Shown here piece by piece: positions 1-8,529 of a stretch of DNA of 38,159 nucleotides. Numbering within the stretch: position 1 is the stretch's first letter; every line of letters begins with the position of its first letter. The stretch comes from Polyangiales bacterium (GTDB lineage: Bacteria > Myxococcota_A > Polyangia > Polyangiales > Polyangiaceae): positions 1-38,159 of the forward strand of contig JBBRNJ010000082.1 of the NCBI GenBank assembly GCA_038230375.1, read 5' to 3'. The position numbers and the translations under genes were made by a program. The notes beneath the pieces are model-generated. The model was not told the origin of the DNA. It did no database searches and was given only the letters and a program-made list of their open reading frames with translations.

Positions 1-1
1 C

Positions 2-994
2 GGGGCCATCCCCACCAACGACAACGCGGGAGGCGCGTTCCTCCTTGATCTCCTGCGCGGGTTCGCGTGGCTGGAATCTGGGCGCTCCGCGGACCACACG
101 CAGGACGCGCGCATCCGCGAAGCGGAAGCAAAATACGGACGCGGCATACTCGGCTTCGTCGAGCACGAGACGGTCGCGCGGCCCGCAGCCGATGCGCTCG
201 TGCTGGCGTTCGAGAAGAGCGAGCTTCCCGAAGGCATCGCGAGCCCGCTTGCGGGCAAGAAGCTGCTCGCGCCGATCCCGCGCCCGCCGTCCATGCGTGA
301 TGGCTATGCATTCCGACAGCACGTGGAGACAGCGCGCAAGAACCGTGGCCTCGAGATGATCCCCGAGTTCGACCTCTTCCCGGTGTTCTACTTCACGAAC
401 CATCAGGCCGTGATCGGCGGCGGCGAGCTTCGCGTGCGCGACGGTCATCTGGACCGGCTGGACTTCGAGCTCGAGGCCGCGATCGTCATCGGACGCGAGG
501 GGCGCGACCTTGGTGCCCAGGAGGCGGACGCGCACGTGTTCGGTCTGATGATCATGAACGACTGGTCTGCCCGCGCGCTCCAGATGGAGGAGATGAAGCT
601 TTCGCTCGGACCCGCCAAGGGCAAGGACTTTGCGACCGGCCTTGGTCCGTGGCTGGTCACGAAAGACGAGCTCGAGAAGCAGATCGTCCACACGCCTCGC
701 GGCGACGTCTATCACCTTGGCATGCGTGCGTTCGTGAACGACAAGCAGCTCTCGACCGGCAACGTGAAGGACATGAACTGGACGTTCGCCGAGATCATGG
801 CGCGCGCGAGCTACGGGGTGACGCTGCACCCGGGCGACGTGATCGGCTCGGGCACGGTCGGCACGGGGTGTCTGCTCGAGCTCAATGGATCGAAGGTCAC
901 CGACAACCAGTGGTTGAAGCCGGGGGACAAGGTCGCACTGGAGATCGACGGGCTCGGGCGGCTCGAGAACACGGTGGTCCGAGCGGAGCCCTGA
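2..994 (+). CDS. Fumarylacetoacetate hydrolase family protein (5'-truncated by the window edge)
   Basis: The frame is open from base 2 (GAIPTNDNAGG...) into ORF 200..994. FAH motifs: RDGYAFRQH, PVFYFTN, LDFELE, NDWSAR..Q..EM, GPAKGKDF, PGDVIGSGT. Confidence 0.9.
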   Translation, partial: GAIPTNDNAGGAFLLDLLRGFAWLESGRSADHTQDARIREAEAKYGRGILGFVEHETVARPAADALVLAFEKSELPEGIASPLAGKKLLAPIPRPPSMRDGYAFRQHVETARKNRGLEMIPEFDLFPVFYFTNHQAVIGGGELRVRDGHLDRLDFELEAAIVIGREGRDLGAQEADAHVFGLMIMNDWSARALQMEEMKLSLGPAKGKDFATGLGPWLVTKDELEKQIVHTPRGDVYHLGMRAFVNDKQLSTGNVKDMNWTFAEIMARASYGVTLHPGDVIGSGTVGTGCLLELNGSKVTDNQWLKPGDKVALEIDGLGRLENTVVRAEP

Positions 995-998
995 GAGG

Positions 999-1027
999 CG
1001 ACCTCGACGACGACCTCGACTTCGACG
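999..1027. repeat. Short 12-bp imperfect tandem repeat (CGACCTCGACGA / CGACCTCGACTT / CGACG)
   Basis: Read directly just after the FAH stop codon. Confidence 0.6.
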
Positions 1028-1028
1028 T

Positions 1029-1056
1029 GCTTCTTGTAAGCATTGCTTACAGAAGC
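1029..1056. promoter_or_regulatory. AT-rich palindrome TGTAAGCA-T-TGCTTACA with outer GCTTC/GAAGC arms; candidate operator or hairpin
   Basis: Perfect 17-bp inverted repeat at 1035-1051 in the intergenic region upstream of glgP. Confidence 0.5.
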
Positions 1057-1110
1057 TGCCAAACCGTTCGGGAATCTTGTGCAGCCATTTTTGGCGCAAA
1101 TCGAGTGGAC

Positions 1111-1132
1111 CGTAACTCTGTCCTGAGTTACG
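1111..1132. promoter_or_regulatory. Inverted repeat CGTAACTC-N6-GAGTTACG; candidate transcription-factor site
   Basis: Perfect 8-bp arms ending about 90 bp upstream of the glgP ATG. Confidence 0.45.
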
Positions 1133-1224
1133 TTTACGCGGTGAGGCGGGGTGTCGAAAGTCGACCCTTCCTCGTCGTCCGCGCGTGAAATTACACCGCG
1201 CGCCGCCTATCCTGCGAGCCCCCC

Positions 1225-3804
1225 ATGCCCACGCTGCACCGCTATCACGTCGTCCCCAAGCTCCCCCAGACGCTCGAGCGCCTGCGTGACCTCGCGCAGA
1301 ACCTCTGGTGGACCTGGAACCCGGAGGGGCGCGAGCTCTTCGCACGGATCGACCCCGACCTGTTCGAGATCGTGCACGGCAATCCGATCGAGCTCCTCTC
1401 ACGCGTGGGGCAGAAGCGCCTCGACGAGCTCGCGGAGGACGACGCCTTCACGAGTCATCTCGAGGAGTGCACGGGCCTCTTCCACAAGTACCTTGCGCGC
1501 GAGGGCTGGTGGAACCGCACGTTCCCCGCCGCGAAGGACGCGGTCATCGCGTACTTCTCCATGGAGTACGGACTGCACGAGTCGCTCCCGATCTACTCCG
1601 GCGGTCTGGGTGTGCTCGCAGGTGATCACCTGAAGACCGCGAGCGATCTCGGGCTACCCCTGGTCGCGATCGGTCTGGCGTATGCGGAGGGCTACTTCCG
1701 CCAGGTGCTGAACGAGGATGGCTGGCAGGGCGAACGCTACCCGCTGAACGACTGGCGAAGGCTCCCCGTGCAGCCCGTGTTCGTCCAGGGCGGCAAGAAG
1801 GAAGAGCGCCTCAAGATCCGTGTAGAGTACCCGGATCGCATCGTGGTCGCGCAGCTGTGGAAGGTGGCCGTCGGCCGCGTGCCTCTCTACCTGCTGGACG
1901 CAAACCTGGAGGAGAACGCGCCCGCGGACCGCGCGATCACCGGCCCGCTCTACGGGGGCGATCAGGAGTTCCGCGTCCGTCAGGAAATCATGCTCGGCAT
2001 CGGCGGCGTTCATGCGCTCGCCGCCGTGGGCCTCACGCCGACGGTCTGCCACATGAACGAAGGTCACTCGGCATTCCTCGCGCTCGAGCGCATTCGCCGC
2101 GTGATGAGCGACACTGGCGCATCGTTCGCCGTCGCGAGCGAGGCGATGTCCGCAGGCAACATCTTCACGACGCACACGCCAGTGCCCGCCGGCAACGACG
2201 CGTTCGATCCCGCGCTCGTGCGTCGTTATCTGGAGCCGTATCGCCGCGCGATCGGCCTCACCGAAGACGAGCTCCTTGACCTGGGTCGCGCCAACGGTGC
2301 GCCCGCCACGGGAAAGGAGGCGCGCTTCTCGATGCCCGTCCTCGCGATCCGCACGGCCGATCGCTACAACGGCGTGAGCAAGCTCCACGGCGAGGTGTCG
2401 CGCAAGATGTACCACCCGCTCTGGCCCGAGCTGCCCGAGCACGAGGTGCCGATCTCCAGCGTCACGAACGGCGTCCACATCCCGTCGTGGCTCTCCGACG
2501 AGATGGCTGCCCTCTTCTCCCGCTACCTGGGCCCGCGCTGGCTAGAGTCCGCGGACGATCCCACGCTCTGGGCGCGCGCGTCCACGATCCCCGACGGTGA
2601 GCTGTGGCAGACGCACGAGCACCGCAAGCAACGCCTCGTCACGCTCGCGCGCAAGTGGCTCCATGCAGCCGCAGAGAAGCGCAGCGAGGGCGCGCAAGAG
2701 ATCGCGTTCTCGGACGAGGCTCTCGACCCGCGCGCGCTCACCATCGGCTTCGCGCGCCGCTTCGCGACGTACAAGCGCGCCGCCCTGCTCTTCTCCGACC
2801 TCGAGCGCGTGAAGCGCCTGCTCGGCGATCCCGAGCGGCCCGTGCAGCTCGTCTTTGCGGGCAAGGCGCACCCGCAGGACAAGGGCGGCAAGGAGCTCAT
2901 TCGCCAGATCGTCCACTCCAGTCGTGACCTCGGGCTGCGCGGCAAGGTCGTCTTCATCGAGGACTACGACATGCGCATCGCGCGCGCGATCGTCTCCGGC
3001 GTCGACGTGTGGCTCAACACACCGCGACGTCCGCACGAGGCGAGCGGCACCTCCGGCATGAAGGCCGCTGCGAACGGCGCGCTCAATCTCTCCGTGCTCG
3101 ACGGCTGGTGGGCCGAGGCCTGGGCGTCGCACGGGCGCGAGGTGGGGTGGGCCATCGGCCGCGGCGAGGAGTACGCCGACGGCGCAGGCGACGACGTGGA
3201 GGCCGAGGAGCTGTACGACGTGCTCGAGCGCGAGGTCGTGCCGCTCTATTACGATCGCGACGGCCGCGACAAGTTGCCGCGCCAGTGGATCCGCCGGATG
3301 AAGGGCGCCATCTCGCACTGTGTGCCCATGTTCAACACCGCGCGCATGGTGAAGGAGTACGCCACGCGCTTCTACGTCCCCGCGATCGAGCTCACCTCGA
3401 AGATGACGGACAAGAAGCTCGCCGGCGCGACCGCGCTCACTGCGTGGAAGGATCGCGTGCGCTCCGCATGGAGCGACGTGCGCGTGCTCGACGTGGTCTT
3501 GCAGACGCCCGAAGAGGTGAAGGTCGGTGAGAAGCTCACGGTCGAGGCGAAGGTTCGCCTGGGTTCACTGCTGCCGGAGGACGTCGCGGTGGAGCTCTAC
3601 TACGGGCCCACGCACGGCGGACTCGAGCTCACGGCGGGAGAGATCGTGCGCCTGCGCGTGCTCGACGGCCAGGATGGCGTCTTCCGCTTCCGCGGCGAGA
3701 TCGGCACGGACACGAGCGGCTCGCACGCCTTCGCAGCGCGCGTCGTTCCGTACAACCCGACCATGAGTCATCCCTACGAGACATCGCTCATCCGCTGGGG
3801 TTGA
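1225..3804 (+). CDS. glgP: Alpha-glucan (glycogen/maltodextrin) phosphorylase
   Basis: 859 aa. Motifs YFSMEYG, YSGGLGVLAGDH, HMNEGH, FTTHTPVPAG, TNGVH, ARRFATYKR, AGKAHP, and the PLP-lysine motif EASGTSGMKAAANG. Confidence 0.96.
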   Translation: MPTLHRYHVVPKLPQTLERLRDLAQNLWWTWNPEGRELFARIDPDLFEIVHGNPIELLSRVGQKRLDELAEDDAFTSHLEECTGLFHKYLAREGWWNRTFPAAKDAVIAYFSMEYGLHESLPIYSGGLGVLAGDHLKTASDLGLPLVAIGLAYAEGYFRQVLNEDGWQGERYPLNDWRRLPVQPVFVQGGKKEERLKIRVEYPDRIVVAQLWKVAVGRVPLYLLDANLEENAPADRAITGPLYGGDQEFRVRQEIMLGIGGVHALAAVGLTPTVCHMNEGHSAFLALERIRRVMSDTGASFAVASEAMSAGNIFTTHTPVPAGNDAFDPALVRRYLEPYRRAIGLTEDELLDLGRANGAPATGKEARFSMPVLAIRTADRYNGVSKLHGEVSRKMYHPLWPELPEHEVPISSVTNGVHIPSWLSDEMAALFSRYLGPRWLESADDPTLWARASTIPDGELWQTHEHRKQRLVTLARKWLHAAAEKRSEGAQEIAFSDEALDPRALTIGFARRFATYKRAALLFSDLERVKRLLGDPERPVQLVFAGKAHPQDKGGKELIRQIVHSSRDLGLRGKVVFIEDYDMRIARAIVSGVDVWLNTPRRPHEASGTSGMKAAANGALNLSVLDGWWAEAWASHGREVGWAIGRGEEYADGAGDDVEAEELYDVLEREVVPLYYDRDGRDKLPRQWIRRMKGAISHCVPMFNTARMVKEYATRFYVPAIELTSKMTDKKLAGATALTAWKDRVRSAWSDVRVLDVVLQTPEEVKVGEKLTVEAKVRLGSLLPEDVAVELYYGPTHGGLELTAGEIVRLRVLDGQDGVFRFRGEIGTDTSGSHAFAARVVPYNPTMSHPYETSLIRWG

Positions 3805-3807
3805 GCG

Positions 3808-3827
3808 CTCTCTGCAAGCGTAGAGGG
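3808..3827. terminator. Imperfect hairpin between convergent genes
   Basis: CTCTCTGC-AAGC-GTAGAGGG (two G:U pairs) between the glgP stop and the 3829 stop; no U-tract. Confidence 0.3.
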
Positions 3828-3828
3828 A

Positions 3829-5310
3829 CTACGGAGCGCAGAGCGGCGACAGGTAGTAGAGGGACGCCGCGCCTGGCTGCGCGCCAGGGTTGTCGTTCGT
3901 GAGCGCCCAACCGATACCTGCAGAGCCCGTGACGCCGACGTTCTGGTAGGCCGTCGTCATCAGGTTGAGTGACTTCGGCGCGCTCTTCTTGTTGTCGATC
4001 CAGAGCACGTGAGACGAGTTGGCGACCGAGGTGGGCGGCGTGCTGGACACGGTGAGTACGCTCGACGAGTCGACCCATGCGACCGTGCCGAGGAATGCGC
4101 CGCCGAGCGGCGTCATGTACGTGTCGATATCGACAACGGGAAACTTGTTGGAGAGCGTGGTGGCAGTCCCGTTCTCGAAGAGCTCTGCGACGTGGGTCTT
4201 GTACTGCGTGACCATGCCCATCGGGATGAACGTGTAGTAGTGGATCCGCAGCGAGCCATCCGCGCCCGTCGCGAAGTTGTAAGCCTGGACTCCTCCCGGC
4301 AGTACCGTGGTCGTGTCGAGCGGTGCAGATGTTCCCCCGTCAATGCTCCCGACACCGGTGAGAAGCTGCACGTCCGAGTTTGTGCCGTTCGTCTTGAAGA
4401 CCGCAAGACGCGAACCTGTAGTGCTGGCCGTCTGCGATGCAAGAGAGCCCGCGTCCGCGTCCACCTGCGAGATGGTCGATTGCGGCGTGAAAGGAGCCGC
4501 GACGATGCCCGCGTACAGTGGGTTGGGCTGGCCCTGCTGCGTGAGGAGCACGGAGAGCGCAGGTAGCGGCAGAAGGATGTCGCCGCTGGGGTGATTGGTG
4601 GTGACGAGCGAGGACTGCGCCGTGATCGTCTTGCTCAGCGGGTCGAGCGGGGCGTCGAACCACGCGATCTGCGCCTTGATGAAGCCGCTGTTCTGGATTC
4701 CACCGAATACGTACACACGGTTGCCTGACACCGCGATTGACTGCGCGAGGAATGGGAGGTTCGACACGACCACGGGCGTCGGGTTGGGATCTGCGGGGAT
4801 CGCAGGATAGGCGAGCACGCCGGCGTTGGTGCCCACGAACACCCACGGATGTACGGCTGCGAAGCACTTCTGCGGTGCGCCGCACGACGGAGTGATGCCT
4901 GCGGGGACCGTGATCTTGTTGCCCGCGAACTTCTGGGCGACCGGCGCGCCGCACGTGCCGTTCGTGCACACAGCTGAAGAGCAGGTGGTGCCCTTGGTTG
5001 GGCAAACATCGTAGACGCACGCACTGCGCGAGAGATCGCAGCGGCCGGTGAGGCACGCCTGGTTCGAGAAGCAGTCGCTGTCCTTGGCGCACGTGGTGGC
5101 GAGCCCGGAGTCGCCGCCCGCATCCATCGCGGGCGTTCCGCCGTCGACCTTCGGGACGGTGCCATCGAGCTGCGCGATCTGTGCGTCAGTGCCCGCGTCA
5201 GGCGTGCCATCGATCAGCGATTGATCGAGCCCGAGGGAGCAGCCGGCGGCGATGGCGCATGCGATCCCGATCGCAACCCCGACGCGCGCATGGCGAGAGA
5301 TGGTGCGCAT
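3829..5310 (-). CDS. Putative lipoprotein with a Cys-rich segment and a beta-rich C-terminal domain
   Basis: Likely start MRTISRHARVGVAIGIACAIAAGC (lipobox AAGC). Its ATG overlaps the upstream stop (TGATG at 5308-5312). DAG-rich linker, then CAKDSDC...C repeats typical of myxobacterial lipoproteins. Confidence 0.75.
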   Translation of the reverse strand: MRTISRHARVGVAIGIACAIAAGCSLGLDQSLIDGTPDAGTDAQIAQLDGTVPKVDGGTPAMDAGGDSGLATTCAKDSDCFSNQACLTGRCDLSRSACVYDVCPTKGTTCSSAVCTNGTCGAPVAQKFAGNKITVPAGITPSCGAPQKCFAAVHPWVFVGTNAGVLAYPAIPADPNPTPVVVSNLPFLAQSIAVSGNRVYVFGGIQNSGFIKAQIAWFDAPLDPLSKTITAQSSLVTTNHPSGDILLPLPALSVLLTQQGQPNPLYAGIVAAPFTPQSTISQVDADAGSLASQTASTTGSRLAVFKTNGTNSDVQLLTGVGSIDGGTSAPLDTTTVLPGGVQAYNFATGADGSLRIHYYTFIPMGMVTQYKTHVAELFENGTATTLSNKFPVVDIDTYMTPLGGAFLGTVAWVDSSSVLTVSSTPPTSVANSSHVLWIDNKKSAPKSLNLMTTAYQNVGVTGSAGIGWALTNDNPGAQPGAASLYYLSPLCAP

Positions 5311-6296
5311 CAGAACGCCCCCGAGAGCGATGCCCCGCCAGGCAAAGGCGAGAGCTGCAACCTTCCGGTACCGGCCTTCACGCTGGACTCCTTGCTGTCG
5401 GGAATGAGCAGCAGCGCGACGCCGCCGGCAGTGAACACCGCACCCGCGACGAAAGCGACGGTGGACCACGTGGCGAGCCCATTCGCATGATCGTACGAGG
5501 ACTGCGTGGGCCCGGCGTTGTACGCATCCTTCGCAGAGAGCGCGTTGAGGCCGAGCACCGTTCCACCGACGAGGAAGCCCACGCCAAGACCTGCCGCGCC
5601 CACCCCAGCGGCCTTCATGAATGGGAACTTCGCGGGCGCTGCCCTTGGTTCGGGTGGGGGCGGCTCCGTCGGCTTCGGCGGCTCGTCCTCCTTCGGCTTC
5701 GGCTTTGGCTTGTCAGGCGGCGGTGGCGGCGCCTCCTCCTTGAGCTCCAGGTTGCCGACCTGGTTCAGCTCGAGAGTGATGTCCTTGCGCACCGCCGGCT
5801 TGTCGCCCGTGAAGCGCGCGAGCAACACATGAGAGCCCGGCGGACCATGGAGACGCGCCGGCACCGTGGTCTCGGAGAGCCCCTCCAGCTGGACGTGTGC
5901 GCCGTCCGGGCCCTTGACGATGATCGTGCCGAGCGCAGCCTCGAGCGAGTTCAGCCGCGCGCGTGCGTTCTCCTGCTGCTTCGCGTCCAGGCCTGCAACA
6001 TCAAGAGAGCGGGAGTAGTCGTCGGCGGCGCGCTCCGGCTTGGTTGCGGCCTCCCACGCCAGTGCCGCCGTGTAGATGGTGACGGCGTGAGGCCTGATCG
6101 CCGCAGCAGCCTCGAAATGGAGCGCGGCCTCCGCGAAGCGCTTTGCGGCGTACGCCTCCTTGCCCGCGCCGTACTCCTTGCGCGCAGTGGCGATTGGATC
6201 GGTCGCGTCGGTGCTCGCTCCCTGACCAGCGGCGACGGAGGTCCAGGTTGCACAGACGAACGGGAGGGAGACGAGGAGCGCGCGTGCGTTGGGCAT
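5310..6296 (-). CDS. Exported TPR + PEGA-like domain protein with a C-terminal hydrophobic hairpin
   Basis: Start MPNARALLVSLP (signal peptide). TPR-like helices (ARKEYGAGKEAYAAKRFAEAALHFEAA...), a PEGA-like beta domain (GTIIVKGPDGAHVQLEG...PPGSHVLLA), a Pro/Lys linker, two hydrophobic segments, ending GGASLSGAF. Confidence 0.8.
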   Translation of the reverse strand: MPNARALLVSLPFVCATWTSVAAGQGASTDATDPIATARKEYGAGKEAYAAKRFAEAALHFEAAAAIRPHAVTIYTAALAWEAATKPERAADDYSRSLDVAGLDAKQQENARARLNSLEAALGTIIVKGPDGAHVQLEGLSETTVPARLHGPPGSHVLLARFTGDKPAVRKDITLELNQVGNLELKEEAPPPPPDKPKPKPKEDEPPKPTEPPPPEPRAAPAKFPFMKAAGVGAAGLGVGFLVGGTVLGLNALSAKDAYNAGPTQSSYDHANGLATWSTVAFVAGAVFTAGGVALLLIPDSKESSVKAGTGRLQLSPLPGGASLSGAF

Positions 6297-6360
6297 CAGT
6301 GGTTTCCGAACGGCACGCGCTCGTGCCAACGAGGTCAGGGCTACGTCAGAACGAGGCACG

Positions 6361-8445
6361 TCAGTACGGGTTGTCCGGAAGTGCAGTGGGCTTCGGCTTC
6401 GGCCTGGACGTCGCCGTGCTGCTGGGTGCGCCGCCGGACGTGCCGCCGGTGCCGGTGCCGCCGCTGGTGCTGGTGCCGCCGTTGTTACTTCCCGTGTTGC
6501 TGGTGCCCGCGTTGCCGCCACCGCCATTTGCAGGCGGGGTGTCGGTGGCCGCGGGTGTCGCAGGCGGAAGCTCGATGGGCGGCATGATTGTCGGTGCGGC
6601 GCTCGGAGCGGCTCCCGTTGCTGCGGCGGTCGTCGCCGTGGAGGTCGTGCCGGTCATCGTGCCGGTCGGAGCCGTGCGAGTCGTGGGAGCGGCGTCGATC
6701 TTGGCGCCGGTCGGGTCCGTCAGTGGTGTTGTACGCGAGTAGCGCCAGGCGACCCATGCGCCGCCACCGATGACGAACGCGAGGACGAGGCCGATCGTGA
6801 TCGCCAGTGTGTAGTAGCCCGCGCCGCCTTTGGGTGGGCTCGTCAGCGCAGTCTGCTGAGCGGACATCGGACCAGACATGGGACTGGACATGAGCCCGAG
6901 CGAGAGCGGACCTGAGCCGGTGATCGTTCCTGGTCCCTGGCTCACGCCAGAGTACGGACCGGCCATTCCGGCCGCGCCCGGTTGCTGCGGCGGAGGCGCG
7001 GAGCCTTCCCACCACTGCCCCGTACCGCTGCTCGGCGGCATGGTGTTGCCCGCCGGCATGTGGCCCTGCGGAGGCTGCGTGATGGGAGGTCCGAACGGCG
7101 AATGCACCTGCGAGCCCTGCTGGCCCGCGTACTGGGCGGGCTGCCCGGGAACCTGGGACGTTGGGTGCGCCTGCGCGTGGGCTGCAGCGGTCGCCTGCAA
7201 CATAGCCAGGTGGATGGCCTGCTGCACTGTGGAGGACTGCAACGGCATCGTCGTGAGAAGCGGGTTCTGCGCGTTTCGCACCCCGCTCTTCGAGTTGCCG
7301 ACAGGAGGTGCGTTGGGGGGGCCAAGCGCGCCTGCTCCAGGCATTCCCGGCGGTCCAGCCGCCTGCGCGGGTGCTGCGCCCAGATTCGACGGCGTGTGGC
7401 CCGGCACCTCCGGCCAGGCAGCTCCTTCACCTTTGCCACCCTGGGAGGCCTTCGCGATCTGATCGCGCCGCGCGTCGATGATGTTGCCGATGCGTTCGCG
7501 CACTGCGGCCGCGACATGAGACTGCGTGACGATTGGACCACTTCGCGCGAGCCATTCCTCGAGCGCCATGCGCAGCTGCTCTGCCGTGTCGAACCGCCGC
7601 TCGCGCTCGGATTGCATCGCGCGCACGACGATCTGCTCGAGCTCGCGCGGGTAGTTGTGAACCACGTGTGACGGCGGATTGAAAACGCCGCGCGCGAGGT
7701 TCTGCATGACCATCAGATCGTTCTCGCCCTCGAAGGGCTGACGACCGGTGGTCGCTTCGTAGATGACAACACCAATCGCGAACACGTCCGCGCGCGCATC
7801 GAGCGGCGCGCCCATGAACTGCTCGGGCGACATGTAATTGAGCTTGCCCTTGATTTGCCCCGCAAGCGTGGCCTCCTGCAGGGAGCCAAGCGCCTTCGCC
7901 ACGCCGAAATCGCAGACCTTCACGGTGCCGTCGGCGCCGGTCATGATGTTGTGCGGCGAGACGTCGCGGTGAACGATGTGAAGCGGCCGACCGAGCTCGT
8001 CGGTCTGTTGATGCGCAGCGTGCAGACCGGCGCAGGCGTCCGCAACCACGCGCGCGATGATGCGCGGGTCCATGGGCACTGCCTTGCCCGACACCTTCAG
8101 CGCGCGCGCGAGCGAATCCCCGGTGATCCACTCCATCGCCATGTAGAGGATGTCGCCCTCTTCACCGAGCTCGACGATCTGACAGCAGTTCGGGTGCTGG
8201 ATGAACGACGCCACGCGCGCCTCGTTCACGAACATCCGCTCGAACTGCGCCTCGCGACGGAGGTGAGGCAGGATGGTCTTGACGGCGACGAGCTTGTTGA
8301 ACCCACGCTGCCCGTGTTGCCTCGCTGCCCAGACGCGAGCCATGCCGCCACGCGCTACGGGCAACAAGAGCTCGTAGCGGCCCAAGCGCACGCCTGGAGC
8401 GAGGCGATCCCCACTCTTTGGGTCGGCCGGCAACACATCCGCCAT
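6361..8445 (-). CDS. Membrane-anchored Hanks-type Ser/Thr protein kinase
   Basis: ARGGMARV, VAVK, HRDVSPHN, DFG, YMSPE and DVFAIG are all present. Pro/Gln-rich linker, TM segment LAITIGLVLAFVIGGGAWVAW, Thr/Gly-rich tail ending LPDNPY. Confidence 0.95.
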   Translation of the reverse strand: MADVLPADPKSGDRLAPGVRLGRYELLLPVARGGMARVWAARQHGQRGFNKLVAVKTILPHLRREAQFERMFVNEARVASFIQHPNCCQIVELGEEGDILYMAMEWITGDSLARALKVSGKAVPMDPRIIARVVADACAGLHAAHQQTDELGRPLHIVHRDVSPHNIMTGADGTVKVCDFGVAKALGSLQEATLAGQIKGKLNYMSPEQFMGAPLDARADVFAIGVVIYEATTGRQPFEGENDLMVMQNLARGVFNPPSHVVHNYPRELEQIVVRAMQSERERRFDTAEQLRMALEEWLARSGPIVTQSHVAAAVRERIGNIIDARRDQIAKASQGGKGEGAAWPEVPGHTPSNLGAAPAQAAGPPGMPGAGALGPPNAPPVGNSKSGVRNAQNPLLTTMPLQSSTVQQAIHLAMLQATAAAHAQAHPTSQVPGQPAQYAGQQGSQVHSPFGPPITQPPQGHMPAGNTMPPSSGTGQWWEGSAPPPQQPGAAGMAGPYSGVSQGPGTITGSGPLSLGLMSSPMSGPMSAQQTALTSPPKGGAGYYTLAITIGLVLAFVIGGGAWVAWRYSRTTPLTDPTGAKIDAAPTTRTAPTGTMTGTTSTATTAAATGAAPSAAPTIMPPIELPPATPAATDTPPANGGGGNAGTSNTGSNNGGTSTSGGTGTGGTSGGAPSSTATSRPKPKPTALPDNPY

Positions 8446-8529
8446 CCCTGTAAGCGTACACCGAAAACGGAGGTCTGCTCAAAACCCGAGAGGCAATCTA
8501 GACAAACTCGTGTAGGCAATTGCCCCATC

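Noticed and set aside
1089..1108. Possible sigma-54 promoter (TTGGCGC...) upstream of glgP
   Set aside because: A -24 GG is present but there is no GC at the -12 position.
7855..8529. N-terminal extension of the MFS ORF (642 aa as called)
   Set aside because: It overlaps the kinase gene in antisense; MFS similarity begins only near 8590.
8446..8529. Short palindrome GGCAATTGCC and TGTAAGCGTACA in the kinase/MFS divergent spacer
   Set aside because: Too short to distinguish from chance without comparative data.
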